64,000 nt of DNA from Camelus dromedarius (GCF_036321535.1 NC_087437.1:38566001-38630000); one strand, 5' to 3'; positions 1 to 13,439 are shown, counted from the first letter of the stretch. Numbers and translations are program-made. The notes: generated from the letters alone by a model not told the origin.

Positions 1-1249
1 AAGCTTGACTGTTCTTAATTGCTAGCTGTCATCATTTAGCTGATAAACTGTTTCAGCATAATTTAGCTTGGTAAGCGTTTTATTTTTTCTTTCTGGGATT
101 GCATAAAACATGGCATTTGTAAAGCTCATTTTGCAAAATGATACATTCATGAGAATTTTAGTTTACATTACTCATATTTAATTTGCATCTAGAACAAGGA
201 CCTGAGAACATACATTTGACATATTCTGTAGGTCAGGAGATACACTTTCAATGATCATTTTAAAAGTTTTGATTAATATACATATAAATAATATATTCTA
301 TGAATAGAGTAATGTCTCAGGGGAGATTCACTAAAGAGAATATTGGTACTCTGTTTCAATGTCTAATTCCAGTTTAGCACTTAATTTTTAGCAGCCACCT
401 ATATCTATAGATACTGTCTACATATAAGAGAAAGGACTCTAATAAATACTTATTTGATAGTAATTCTGATATTCAGATAGGAGCCCTGAGGAGCTTTGTA
501 TCAGAGTTTCTCCTTATCTCCCTACTCCACTCTCTTCCCATAACCATTTAGAAATATTAAGCCATTTGGTAAATAAGGTAAATGCTTAAAAGTTTGACAC
601 CAATCCATACTAATGACTTCAATTGCATATTGGAATCCACTTGAATGGATATTTCCTTACTGTTGACATTGCTCTACAAAACTTACAGGTCTAGCTGCTG
701 AATTTTCAAGTAGATCATGCTGCTTCTGCATCTGTTTAGGATTCTCTGTCATAATTAGAAAAGGAGGAGAGAAGAGCAGGCTCAGCAAATTGAATGAAAT
801 AATTAAAAAGCAAACGTAGAGATGATTTTCTCCCATACATATAAAATGACTAAATTCCTTTACAAAGTGCAACTGTTTGAATGAGGACATGAAAGTATAA
901 GACAACAGATTGTTCAAAATTAACATGTGATCTCAGATTTTAGTTGTCTTTGACTGTTTTGTGGAAAGCTTTAGGGCAGCCTCATTGTCAAGAAAAATTT
1001 GCTTTCTGTACATTTAGATGACCAAAAGTTATTACAGTTTCCATTGAGATGACAACTACTAAAAAATAAAAAAAAAACCTTACTTAACTACACATCTTGA
1101 AGAAATACTGTGCTTAAAAATAAACTAGTTTTCATGAATTTGAGCTCAGTCCATATATGAAGAGACCAGCAACTAAATTAGAAACTTTCATTCAATTAAA
1201 TAATTCAAGAAATATTTAATGACTATAGAGTTTCACTGTGTTTCTTTCA

Positions 1250-2400
1250 ATATATAGAAATACATCTTCTTCTATTTCAGGAAAGTTTTCTTCTATTAGT
1301 TAAATACCTGTCCTGAACTCTTGAGTAGACTTTACTTTTCAAAGATCCCAAATATGCCTTCTGCATCTTCTTTAATTATGCTCTGCGTTTATTACTTCCT
1401 TTCAAATCATTTTCCTTTTAAATTTTAATAACAGTTTTCCTTTTCCATTCCCTGCTTTATGTACCATGCTTTTGTGGTGTATGTTTTGATCTTATTTCCC
1501 CCTACTTTAGCCTTCATTTTTAAGAAGAGATTTTTTTAAATACTTCATGATTTTTGTCAGTTCTCATTTTTTCAGCCTCTTATCTAGAAATTTTATTCCA
1601 AGAAATCCTATCTCTGACTTTTTAAAGTCTTCTGAGGCCTATACAGTTTTACTAATCTGTTTTATTTCATTTAAAAATTAGATAATGCTTTCATATGATC
1701 TATAGTCTCTATTTTCCTAATGACTTTATTTTATCATGAAGAAAATTTCATTTAATTTTATTTTCTCAGAATAACTTTGAATAAATCATTTTGTTTCCCA
1801 TATTTGAATAATTTTAGTTTTTTGAGAAGAGAGCAGCAAAGCTTTCCAGAGATTCACAGTTTCAATATTTCCTCATCTATTATCATCATGAAACCTTTCT
1901 GTGTAGCCACTTCAAGATCTATTAGCTTTACATTCATTCAGAATATTTTTGTTGTTTTATGTATGTTTTCTTATTTCCAGATCTTTGTAAATGCTCTCAA
2001 ATTTATGGGTTATATTTTACTGTCACTGTACTTTCTAGTTTCTGCTTTCTTTCTACCCTTTCCACCTTCAAAATTAACCTCCTTTCTTCCCAGCTTTTCT
2101 GCGTTGCTAAATTTGAATGTTGCATGCAGGGTGGATTTCTGTCCTTTGAAAGAAGAGTATTTGATGTCTGTTTCTGAGATCCTTTAGAGCCCTGACCACC
2201 ACAGCCCTGTCTGATCACTTGCTGACTCTGCAAGCATTTTTTTGCTTTTTGTTTTGCCTTTAGTCACAACTCCAGGCCTGTAACTTCTTTTTCCAGTACT
2301 TAAAATCATTCACATACTCCGTGTTACAATTCAGGGAAGTCCTTTCCTTTTGGGCATGAGTTATTTATTTGAGGGTTTATTAATTCGAAGTTCTTAACAC
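1250..2400 (-). mobile_element. Very old L1/HAL1-like 5'/ORF1 fragments
   Basis: T-rich antisense L1-like text (tcaggaaagttttcttctatt...), heavily decayed. Confidence 0.4.
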
Positions 2401-2785
2401 CTGGTAGCATCTTCCAGCCAGCTACCGAACAAAGCTGTTGATACTGCCCAGGTTTTGCTTCTGGGGTGATGGTTTGGGCAAACTCACCACTAGATACAGA
2501 TAATACTTTGTGTTGAGTAATTTCATAATAAAGAAGTTCTCATCTTATAACTTCTATTGTCTCTGTAAGTCAGAAAGCAAAGTAATCTTCTGAATGTAAT
2601 TGGAAGAGTTAAAAGTTTCAGAATGAAAAAAAAAAGACTTGATTTAGTCATTTTAGAGAGAATGATTAGAGAGATAGTTAAGACTGCTTAGTCTTTCTGA
2701 TGGGCTTTTATTGTTTGTCTTTCATTAACTTTTGGTAGAAATAATTTGTCTTTTGTTATGATTTTTTTTTTTTGCCAAGCACTGC

Positions 2786-3944
2786 TTTTTTATATATATT
2801 TTATTGAAGTATAGTTAGTTTACAATGTGGTGTCAGTTTGTGGTGTATAGCATAATGCTTCAGTCATACATGAACATGCATATATTCATTTTCATATTCT
2901 TTTTCACCATAAGTTACTACAAGATATTGAATATAGTTCCCTGTGCTATACAGTATAAACTTGTTATTTATCTATTTTATATATATTAGTATCTGCAAAT
3001 CTCAAACTTCCAATTTATCCCTTCCCATCCTCCTCCTCCTGGTAACCATAAGTTTGTTTTCTATGTCTGTGAGTCTGTTTCTGTTTTGTAAATAAGTTAA
3101 TTTGTCTTTTTTTGTTGTTTTGTTTTAGATTCCACATATAAATGATATCATATGGTATTTTTCTTTCTCTTTCTGGCTTATTTCACTTAGAATGACAATC
3201 TCAAGTTCCATCCATGTTGCAGCAAATGGTATTATTTTATTCTTTTTATATGGCTGAGTAGTATTCCATTGTATAAATATACCACAACTTCTTTATCCAG
3301 TCATCTGTTGATGGACATTAGGTTGTTTCTGCGTCTTGACTATTGTAAATAGTGCTGCTATGAACATTGGGGAATATGTATCTTTTTGAAGTAAGATTCC
3401 CTTCGGATATATACCCAGGAGTGGGATTGCTAGATCATATGATAAGTCTATTTTTAGTCCTTTGAGGAATCTCCATACTGTTTTCCCATAATGGCTGCAC
3501 CAAACTACATTTCTACCAACAGTGTAGGAGGGTTCCCTTTTCTCCACAGCCTCTCCAGCATTTACTGTTTATGAACTTTTGAATGATGGCCATTCTGACT
3601 GGTGTGAGGTGATACTTCATTGTAGTTTTGATTTGCATTTCTCTGATAATTAGCAGTATTGAGTATTTTTTCATGTGCCTGTTGGCCATTTATATGTCTT
3701 CATTGGAGAATTGCTTGTTAGGTCTTCTGCCCATTTTTGTTTGTTATTAAGTTGTATGAGCTATTTATATATTCTGGAAATTAAGCCCTTGTCAGTCTCA
3801 TCTTTTGCAAATATTTTCTCCCATTCTGTGGATTGTCTTTTTGTTTTGCTTATGATTTCCTTTGCTGTGCAACAGCTTGTAAGTTTAATTAGGTCACAGT
3901 TGTTTATTTTTGCTTTTATTTCTATTGCTTGGATAGACTGCCCT
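2786..3944 (-). mobile_element. 5'-truncated lineage-specific L1 (ORF2 C-terminus + 3'UTR)
   Basis: Poly-T and ttattgaagtatagtt...tacaatg 3' end. ORFs 3293-3547 and 3761-3952 translate to L1 ORF2 C-terminal motifs ([38 protein letters not shown]). Confidence 0.95.
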
Positions 3945-3946
3945 GC

Positions 3947-3973
3947 CAACATAATAAAGGCTATTTATGACAA
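3947..3973 (+). mobile_element. Short inverted L1 ORF2 RT fragment (NIIKAIYDK)
   Basis: caacataataaaggctatttatgacaa encodes NIIKAIYDK, matching the L1 RT motif [13 protein letters not shown], in opposite orientation to the adjacent L1. Confidence 0.8.
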
Positions 3974-4134
3974 GTCTTTATAAAAGCATTAAACCCATTC
4001 ATGAGGGCTCCACCCTCATGACCTAATCACCTCCTAAAGACTCCAACTACCAAATCATCACCCGTCACTTTCCGAGGTTAGGTTTTCAACATATGAATGG
4101 GGGGGTGTGGACACAAACACTCAGACCATGGAAA
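3974..4134 (-). mobile_element. Partial MaLR LTR (MLT1A/MST-like)
   Basis: cccattcatgagggctccaccctcatgacctaatcacctcc...caacatatgaat...acacaaacactcagacca. Confidence 0.85.
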
Positions 4135-4639
4135 CAGGGTTTCTTTAAAATTTTGGAATTAACAATAATCTCTGAATACTATCTGCAGAGATAATGAAAA
4201 ACATTGACAACAGACCACAAAATCTGCAGAAATCAATCACTCAAGAACATTATTGAACAGCCTCCACTCAAGCAATATTCTCAATAGTGAGTTACTCAAA
4301 GGAAGCATGGAAGTAGAGAGAACTTTTAGATGAGAGATGTTTTTAAAGTTATTGGAGGATTTCTTAGTTATGGAACACAGCTCTTGACAGTACCTTGGAA
4401 AACTTTGGGATTCAGATAAGAAGAAAGTTCAGAACACTTAGGGTGATATAAGATAGATGGTCAGGCCTAAGTACACTTTAGTATTAACTGGTAAAGGCAG
4501 GAATAAATCGTGTGGAGGACTTAGTCTCTGTTAAGATAGTGAATCCTAAGCGGTGTATGCAGAGATTCTACCCAGTCTAGAGTGATAAGTAATGATGCAT
4601 TTTGAAATATATATATTTTACTAATGTAGAAACTATGTG

Positions 4640-4785
4640 TATACTTAGAGAAGTTACTCAAAATATGAATTTTAGTTTCTTCATTTAAAAAGGTGAATAA
4701 CTATCTATCACAAATACAATCATATTAAAACTTAATAAGTATTTATAATATTATTACCTGGCACTTAGAATGTGCTTGATATTTT
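4640..4785 (+). mobile_element. MIR fragment
   Basis: Degenerate core ttagtttcttcatttaaaaagg and tail cctggcacttag. Confidence 0.5.
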
Positions 4786-5954
4786 GTAATTATATCATTG
4801 GCCCATTTTAATTTCACAACTGTACATTAAGACCTAATTCAAATTATATGGAAAGAGTGGATTCATTCTGTGAAAAGGCATGGTATTTTATTTTTTATGA
4901 AACTCTTTATTTTCAACATTGTACCCTTCAGGGACTATAAATCTTGTTAATTATGTATTTTAAAGGGGAAATCTATGTTGTAGTCTGAAAGACAGATCAA
5001 GGTGGACTTTCTGGATCATGAACTTAAGATATTCATCAAAGTATATACTCAGAAACTTGATAGTTTAATTGCTCAAGGCATTCAGCATATGAATTGTCAG
5101 AACATTTGTGAGAGTAACTTTTTAGGTCATAATACAATCAAACAATTCAAGGAAATTTTACTGACTCTTCTAATAAATATTAAACAGTACAATCATGAGA
5201 CTTCATATAAAAAAATAACAAATTTGTTTTCTAGCTCTAATTTATTAACCCCTTTGGCAGCCTAGTTAGGAATTTTCCAAGAAGAAATGCCAGTATGAAA
5301 TGTATTAGCTTTCATACTGAAAGCCACTCAGGGCCCTCTTATAATTCTAGCATCAATTTTTAACAATACATTGGCAGAATTTTCCACTATTGTGAGATGT
5401 AGTAAATGATCCACAAACATTTTTCCAACTTTAGCGTAATAATTTGTAGATAATACTGATGCATGTGTTATTTCACATTTTTTTGCATGATAACATCATT
5501 TTTCCATTAAACCAATTACATGTTTTTGGAACAAAGGTACTATGAGTGGGAGGATGCTGTGGGAATACTGTCAAGTATGAGAAACTGACTTTGATTTTAC
5601 AACTCATTTATTAGGGTGGAGAGCCAGAGCAAATAATGCAGAAAATTTAGCAGAAGAAATTCTACACATCTTGGCACAAATTATCTCCTTAATTACCAAT
5701 TTTCTCTCATGTTCATTGAGGCATTTCTCCCTCCAAAAAATAAAATTTTCTTTTGCCGCAGTCATTAGCAGATTTTTAAAATTCAGTTAATATCTAATTG
5801 TTTGAAATATAACTGTTGACTTCCATTTTATTTTACATCTTTAATATTTTTTCTTCAAAAAAAAAAATCTCCATTACCTACATTTTGAATGGACAGCTTT
5901 GTATTTGCTGCCTTTAGGTTACAGGTACTTTCTATATTTGCATTTGAGCCTTAA

Positions 5955-5984
5955 ACACACAGACACACACACACACACACACAC
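5955..5984. repeat. (AC)n microsatellite
   Basis: Direct reading, one interruption. Confidence 0.95.
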
Positions 5985-6144
5985 TTTTTAATTCTAAGTT
6001 CATTTTTATGCAGAGTGGCTGATAAATGCGGTACCTGTTTAGATAAAAAAATTCTTATTGACGTTTACTTTGAGATACACAAATCTCATTCAGTCATACA
6101 CATAGCTAGAAGTCATACATTAGAAACACATAATGTTGCAAGAA

Positions 6145-6315
6145 TTCTAAGTAAGAAATCAGGTGAACAAATATTTTTATCTTGTTTTGCCGATTTACTA
6201 TGTGATACTGAACAAGTTTTCCTGTGTGTTTTGTTTGGGACCTCAGTTTTTAAATTGGCAAAATGAGAGATTTGAAATAAATGATCTCCAAGAGTGACTC
6301 AGTCCCTGAAATGTG
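6145..6315 (+). mobile_element. MIR (MIR3/MIRc-like)
   Basis: ggacctcagtttttaaattggcaaaatgaga...atgatctccaag core. Confidence 0.65.
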
Positions 6316-6756
6316 TTCATCTTTATTGAGAAGTTGGTTTGTCATATAGCATAGTCTCATCATGTCTCCTTATAACTTCTTCTGATTGTAAAATAACTTA
6401 GGTTACAAAATAAAAATCACTTTAAAATATAAATGTATAAATGTAAGCACATAACATGATCCACTTCAGGGAGGAACCCAGTTAAAAGTTGTTTAAAATT
6501 CTGGTTGTTTTTATATGGATACATTGTTATGTATTAAAATTTCATTCCCAAGTAATCTTGAAAGAGCCCACATGGACTTAGTCTAACAAAAATATGTTTA
6601 CAATCTAATCTCTGATTTTATAACATTAGAGATTCACACCTATTTCAAACTAAAATATGGAAATGGACAAAATGGGAAAGAAAGATCTATATGCTTTACT
6701 AATAGGGGACTAATGTTTTAAAGTATTTACTTTACCACAAAAAAGAAAGAATCTTT

Positions 6757-6850
6757 AACTTGACACAACATTGTAAGATGACTATAACTCAATAAAAAAA
6801 AAGTTAAAAATAAATAAATAAATAAAACTTTAAAAAAAAAAAAGGGAAAG
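6757..6850 (+). mobile_element. Ultra-short L1 3'-end insertion with A-rich tail and 16-bp TSD
   Basis: tgacacaacattgtaagatgactataactcaataaaa matches the reverse complement of the L1 terminus at ~50860-50895. TSD aaaagaaagaatcttt at 6741-6756 and 6851-6866. Confidence 0.92.
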
Positions 6851-8989
6851 AAAAGAAAGAATCTTTTACCCATTTCTCTCCTATCACTTTAATATATACA
6901 TAATTATCAGAATGGCTTTTGAAGTGTCAGACTAAAAGTCTCAATACATTTTTAACTTCATCTATTTTGTTTCTCTGTGTTTTATTTTTGTTGTCTATTC
7001 CAGTGGAGCACTTTGCAGAGGCATAAAGTAAACATGAAATTAAGCATTATGTTAAAAATGTATAATATGATTTTGGACATTACTTTATTTCTTTCAGTGT
7101 TTGAATGATCAGAGAACTGGTTTGATGCTAAGTAATATAGATTAACCCAGACAGTGAAAATCTTGGCAGAGTTTTCCATTAAATATTCTGACTGCAGAAT
7201 TCAGTTGCCTTAAGTGTTACATAGTTAACTTAAAAAAAAAAAATGGAGTCACTTGTACAATGGAAAGAACTTTAAATCTGTATAAAGGATAATGTAAACA
7301 GTGAAAAGTATCTTTGGCTACTCTTTCTTTTATACAACCCTAATTAGGAAATTAATAATGAAACATGTACAAAATACTACAAGCTTCTAGAAAAAAAAGA
7401 CTAAAACTTTGAAGTTATTAATTTATTTTTGATTGTTTACAGGGTGACGATATAGAATATGAAAGACAATCTACAAAACACACTTGAAAATTGTTATTTT
7501 CTGAAGTTCAGTGTCCAGTTTTGCCCTTTCTTGATTATTCAGAATATGAAGAACCTATACAGGATATGAAAGGAAAGTCATATGCAAATTAGGAAATAAG
7601 ACTTCTTGAGAAATGTATTTAAATTAACTAATTTTTATTACATTTTACATGGGAAAGAGCATATTTGGTGTAAAATATGACAAACGTGTTCTTTGTGAAT
7701 AATTAAATAGATATCTCACAAGTAAAAATTATAAATCTGAATAGAAGCATCTCAGATTTGTATCATTCTCTGATTCTTGCTTCCCTACCCATCCTAATCT
7801 CCACATCAGGATTTAAAACGTACAAAATCTTGCTTCTCTAAATTGAAGATCAAGGGCCCCAGAGATCTGCCACAGCTCAATATGTCTCCATTGTGTTAGT
7901 TGATTCAAGCTTCGAATAAAGCACTTATGATCTTTAACACGAGAAAGCTACTGTCTGATTCCCCAAAACTTCTCAAAATACTCTTGATATTCTGTATAAA
8001 GTAACTTTGAGGGGTGTGATGGAGTCCTAAAAGTTGTTGGGGACAGCATAAATAGCAGCAAACCAGGACCACATGGTTTAAGAATAACCAGCTGACCAAA
8101 AATAAACTGTATATTTATCTTCAATTTTAACTAGAGTTGTATCTTCATATTACTCCCTTTTTGGGTGGGGCGACAGACTTACAATGAGGAGCTAGAATAA
8201 TCATAGGATTATTGTAAAGCGGAATTCTCTACCTCTACTTTTGCTTTCTTTATTCTAGTTCTGGTATTGTTCACTTTTATGTTCAGATCTAATTCAGAAT
8301 TTACTGACTACATTACATATAATAACTCATATTCTTCTGTAGAGAATTCCTTGTCTTTTTTGTTATTGTTTAGATTTTTAGTACCTCAGAGTATGGGCAC
8401 ATTCTACCTAAAATATCTGAGATTTCTTCCTCAGTGATTCCATTAATTTAGCCATTGCATAAAACATGGCCAGACATAAAATACTGAAAGAATTTGAGCT
8501 GTAGCACTGCTTGCATGTGAACATGTTAAATATATCATTTCTATAAAATGCTCTCTCTGTGAAGGTGTTCTACAAAATATCTTTTGCCATGGAAATGAGA
8601 CGAGTTTATAGAAATCCTTTGATTTAGATAGAGGAAAGATGTCTTCTGGGCTTTATGTTTTAATTTCACCATTTCTCAGTACCTATTAAAATTCAGTAAT
8701 TCTTATTCTTAGATTATTTCTTACGGAAATTACTTTAGAATTTCTTAACGATTAAGCTTATCATGTTGTTGATTGTAAGAGTGAAGGATGATAAACAAAT
8801 TGAAATGTGAAGCAGTATTTAGAGTTTATAAGTATCCATTAATGAAATACTATAAAAGTATTAAATGTTAAGAAGAAGCTTGAAAATACAGTCTGTTATT
8901 AAGTGATCTTATTCATTAACAAATGATACAATTTTATTGATACAAATATATAGGCATAAAATGGCTGAAAGTATGTGGAATACTTACCT

Positions 8990-9234
8990 TATGGTGGTTA
9001 TGAAGGTTAAAGATGGCCACAAATTCTTTGACATTTGTCCCATTAAAAGGTGGTATTTATTTCCTCTTGAATCTAGGATAACTGATTTTATGCTAGTTAC
9101 CCATCCCAAACCTTAAGAGGCTAACAGCTTTTCTTCCTTTCCGTAGAAGGCTTAAGTGTTTTCTCTATGGAAGCCAGGTGCCGTGTCTCTAAATTTTGGC
9201 TTGGCTTGTTATGCAATGATAGATCACTAAAACA
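8990..9234 (+). mobile_element. Internally deleted MaLR LTR (MLT1G/H-like)
   Basis: 5' aaagatggccacaaattctttgaca and 3' ctaaattttgg...ttgttatgcaatgatagatcactaaaaca. Confidence 0.75.
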
Positions 9235-9664
9235 GTGGTAGCCTTGTTGTGTTTATTTTCTTCTTTTTTAAACCAGTTCATTCTAAATTACAACAAATAA
9301 AGTGTCTTATTTACTACTAATAAAATATCAGTTATTTAACAGATCTCTTTAGTTGTAACAGTTAAATTTAATAGTTGATAATTACAATATAATATTGCTT
9401 CATTTGGGTTTTTAGGCCTAACTCTGTTATGTTTATTCTGTCAGATTTATGTACTCATCATATCAGATATAACTCAGTTCTGCTATGACTTTACTTCTAT
9501 GGCCATGAGCTGTTTTAAGTGATGGGTTAAGATTCTAGTGTTGACATATCTTTGATTGAAAATTAGATTCATGTCTAATTTCACTGTTTAAGATTAATTG
9601 ATGGATTAAATCAGAGACACTGATTTAAAACTTGGTGAAATAAGAGCTATCTTTTTAAAAAGCT

Positions 9665-10420
9665 AATCCTGTACCAGGCACTCTCCTAAGCACATTAAAC
9701 ATATTTAATTATTATAGCTATTTTTTTAACATAAGAATTATTTCCTTACTCATCTTTTAGATCAGAAAGTGCAAGGCCAGATAGAGAAAAGAACTCGTGC
9801 AAAATCACACAGCTTGTATGTTACGTTATCAAACTAGCACAACAGCCTGATTCCAAAGCTGTTTTAGCCTCTAGATCTTAGTTTACTTATCTCTAAAATA
9901 GGGAAAATAATAATAATCTACCTCCCAAGATTGATGTGAAAATCGTGACGTTTGTAGGAATCAAATTTAAGTAGCATATTTATCCTCTTATACTGTTGTT
10001 AGAGGGTTAAATTTGTTAATAGAATTAATGCAGTTAGAACAGAGTCTGGAAGTCGGTCAACATTCACTAAACAGTAAATATAGTAAGAAAAATGCTTCAA
10101 ACAGGATATCAGAGTGGTTTAGGTAGAAAAAAAAGTAGTGCTTCAGTGTCCACAAGAATTGTTCCTTAAGTGAATGTAAGACATTGGAATGGAGGAAAAT
10201 ACATTGGGCTGGTAACAGGAAGAACTAAGCCCCAGATCAGCCAGTTACCAGCCATTAAATTTTGGCAAGTCACTTCATTTTTATCCTGTTTTTTCACTTA
10301 TAAACAAGAAATGATATCTACCTTCCCCATTTCACAGGTTGACTACACAGACTATTATATTATATGTATGTATATAACAATGAAGATAATATAAATATTA
10401 TAAATACTTAAAATAAATAT
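9665..10420. mobile_element. Cluster of three MIR fragments (- 9665-9865, + 9870-10080, + 10185-10420)
   Basis: gtaccaggcactctcctaagcac, aaatcacacagct, cttagtttacttatctctaaaataggg, ttggcaagtcactt. Confidence 0.7.
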
Positions 10421-11499
10421 AATGGTGTAGCATTCTAAATTGAATATAAATAAAATGTGGATTTCTATAATTTATAAATAAATACAATAAAAATATAAAT
10501 ATATGTAATCATTTTTATATATTATTATAGTATATTATATTTTATATGTGGACTAACCTGTAGGTAAATATTTTATATAATTATTTATTTTATAATTATA
10601 TTTATATATATGGAATATTCCTAAGGGTTAATCTACCATAGAAATCCAAGGAATTATTTTATTAGTTTTTACTATGAATTTGAAGGGGTCAATCATTTTT
10701 ACTCAGGAAAATACCTGAGATTTTGCCAAACAGAAAGTAAATTTGGGAATGTAGATTTAAAGAAAAATTAAGTTTAAATAACATGTCTCTTCCCAATTGT
10801 TTAGCAATAGATTCATTTATGTGCTTGTAATTATCAATGTAGAAAACTGCAAGGTATATGAACCCCTAATATCATTTTCACAGACATCTGTCTTTTTAGA
10901 GGGATATCACTATACAGGAATGAATGGAATATTAACAGGATGAAGTCAAGACTCTTAGATTAGCCAAATAGAACAATAATTATATTTTGACAAATTTAAT
11001 AATGCTACAGTACTTATTTTTTTACAGATTTTCCTGTTTTTTTTTTCTCAAAGAATTGTGAATCTGCTAACTATATTTGTAACTTGCATAGCTGTTCTGA
11101 AAACAAAACCCAGTAGTCATTGATGAGTCCAGTGTAAGTGAACAGTCCCTCCAAAAATTCCAGCTTTTTACAAACACCCTTTACAAACTCACCTTCTTAG
11201 TTTTATTAGAAGTGAGAATTGCTATAAGCAATTTACTAGGAAGAGGAATCTAAATATTCACAGGGTGTGGGAAAATAGGCACAGGAGGAAGTCAATACAT
11301 GATGATGGAAAGGGTTAATAGCCAGGCAACCTGAATTTTGTTCTTACCAATTCATTATTAGAAAAGTGATCTTATGTTGTTACTTAAGGCTCCTAACCCC
11401 ACTTTCCACATTTATACAAAAAAAAAATCTATATTATTTTCCCAAAAACATTTTTGAATGCCAGTCTTTGAAAGTTTAAAAAATGAATTTATAGAAATT

Positions 11500-11860
11500 A
11501 TACAAAATATTGAAAGTAAACATGTACGCTGCCTATTATAGAAGATAGAATGTTGTACATTGCAAATATGCGCATAACTGCAGAAGAAAGGTAGAGGAAG
11601 AGAGGTTCATTCCCATAGGAGAGAGTTTCATGAGATGTGTCTTTCAGCTGGGCTGGAAGAAGAGGCAGTGATCTACTTTTAGATAGAGATGGTGACAGCA
11701 CTGCAGGTGGAATGAAGAGCCTGAGCTAAGACCCAGTGGAGGGAAAAAATCAGTGTGTTGAGGATACAGAGGAAAGTCTGTAAAGGCCAAAGTAGAGAGT
11801 AAGAATGCTACAAATATGGAAACGGAAAATAAAACATATGAAGCTTTGATCACTATGCCA
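11500..11860 (-). mobile_element. L2 fragment
   Basis: Purine-rich antisense L2-like text (gatgtgtctttcagctgggctggaaga...tgtaaaggccaaagtagagagt). Confidence 0.5.
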
Positions 11861-13439
11861 AAATTACATAGATTTTCAGACTAAGTAACTTATTAAGCCC
11901 TATTTTTATATGTGAAATCTTCACCACAGTTAATTGGAATCAACTAGCTTATTGATTGTACAAAGTCCTACTTGGAGGTCTGTCTCTCACAGTTGAGAAA
12001 AAAAAAAGCAAATACTGAGTGATTTTGTTCAGAACTCAAAGCAACCAAGCATTCTAGTAGCTATCAAAAAACACATTAAATTATTTTTTAAAAAAGCAAG
12101 TAAACTTACTTTTCACTATTATCTGTAAGAGAATTTCATACGTGCACCTTGGAGTTAACATAAAAATAATTACTTGAAATTGAAACCATAAGTTCTACAG
12201 ATAATGTTAAATGCTGAAGTTGCATACTGTTTTTTTGCTGCTTTATGAGAAAAGAGATACAAAATATAATACTCATCTCTGATTTAGAATATTTTTGATC
12301 AATTAATGTCAAAATATATCACTTTTCAGAAATAATACAATACTAATAATTATATATTGGAATCCATCATAAATGCTTTGCAATTGTTAATGACAAAACA
12401 CTGCAAAATACAAAGCAGCATGTGTTTAGAGTTAAATGGATATACCACGTAAATATTATAAAGGATACTAAATGAACTCTGTATCTATACATGTATGAAA
12501 GTAATCTATTTCTAATGTATTGTTACAACTGCAGGAAAGAAGAAAATACTATACATTACCTTCTAAATGGATTGGTAAATTAGAGAAGATGAGGATATAA
12601 TGCTACCTTGTCCTAATGATATTTGATTATGTTCTGTCCAAAGGAAAAAAAAACCTTCAGTAATAATATTTTGTGGGGTTTTTTTGTTGTTGTTTTCTTT
12701 TGTCTTATTATTTCTCATGTTGCTTTCTACTGTCAGAGAATTCCAATGAAACTACTGGTGCCAATGTCTTTTCATAACTACAAAGCATGGTTCATTACAG
12801 ATAGGTTATTATGATAGCAGAAAACAGCCACCTTCCAAGAAGCTAAGTATAGTTAATTACACTTACAACTGCTTACAGTATGTCATCACAATGGAACTGC
12901 AAAAACCAAATGGTAGTTAGAAACGGCTGCTTGGACCCCAGGCAGAGAAACATTTGAAAACAGCCAAACAGCCATCATATAAGAGACAGTCTCATCCAAA
13001 ATATGAGAAATGTACCTCTGTACATTTATGATTTCAGTGTTTGATGTGAAATTTTTGTTCAAATATTGGGAAGTGCTCTGTGGACAAAAGGGGAAAAGGC
13101 AAAAGAGCCTAGAACAAATTAGTGAGGATGGAAATATGTAAAGATAAGAGTCAGTAATGGAAGACTTGAATCTGGGTAAATCACAACTGGTAGCACTTGT
13201 TCCAAATTTCTAACATATGAATAGCAATGTAAACTGAACATTCCTTATAAAGGGTCCTCCATGAATTCTGGGGTTCACATTCCTTGTCAGCTGATAGTTA
13301 GAAATTGAAAGCTTCTGTGTGAACAACTTGAACAAAGAAAATAATGTGATTTATCCTTATTTCCTAGTATCACTTATAACTTCCGCCTCATATTGATTGC
13401 TTAATAAATAATTAATGATGATGATGATAATTAATGATA

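Noticed and set aside
1777..2233. 136-aa ORF and overlapping ORFs
   Set aside because: F/S/L-rich composition typical of T-rich decayed repeat; no recognisable domain
8981..8990. Strong minus-strand donor AAG/GTAAGT
   Set aside because: Its upstream sequence is a decayed MLT1 LTR with no convincing acceptor or frame
6960..11140. Casein/SCPP-type mini-exon gene (24-nt exon-like unit at ~7004-7027, signal-peptide-like text at ~11058)
   Set aside because: No match to casein sequences I recall, no ATG, weak donor
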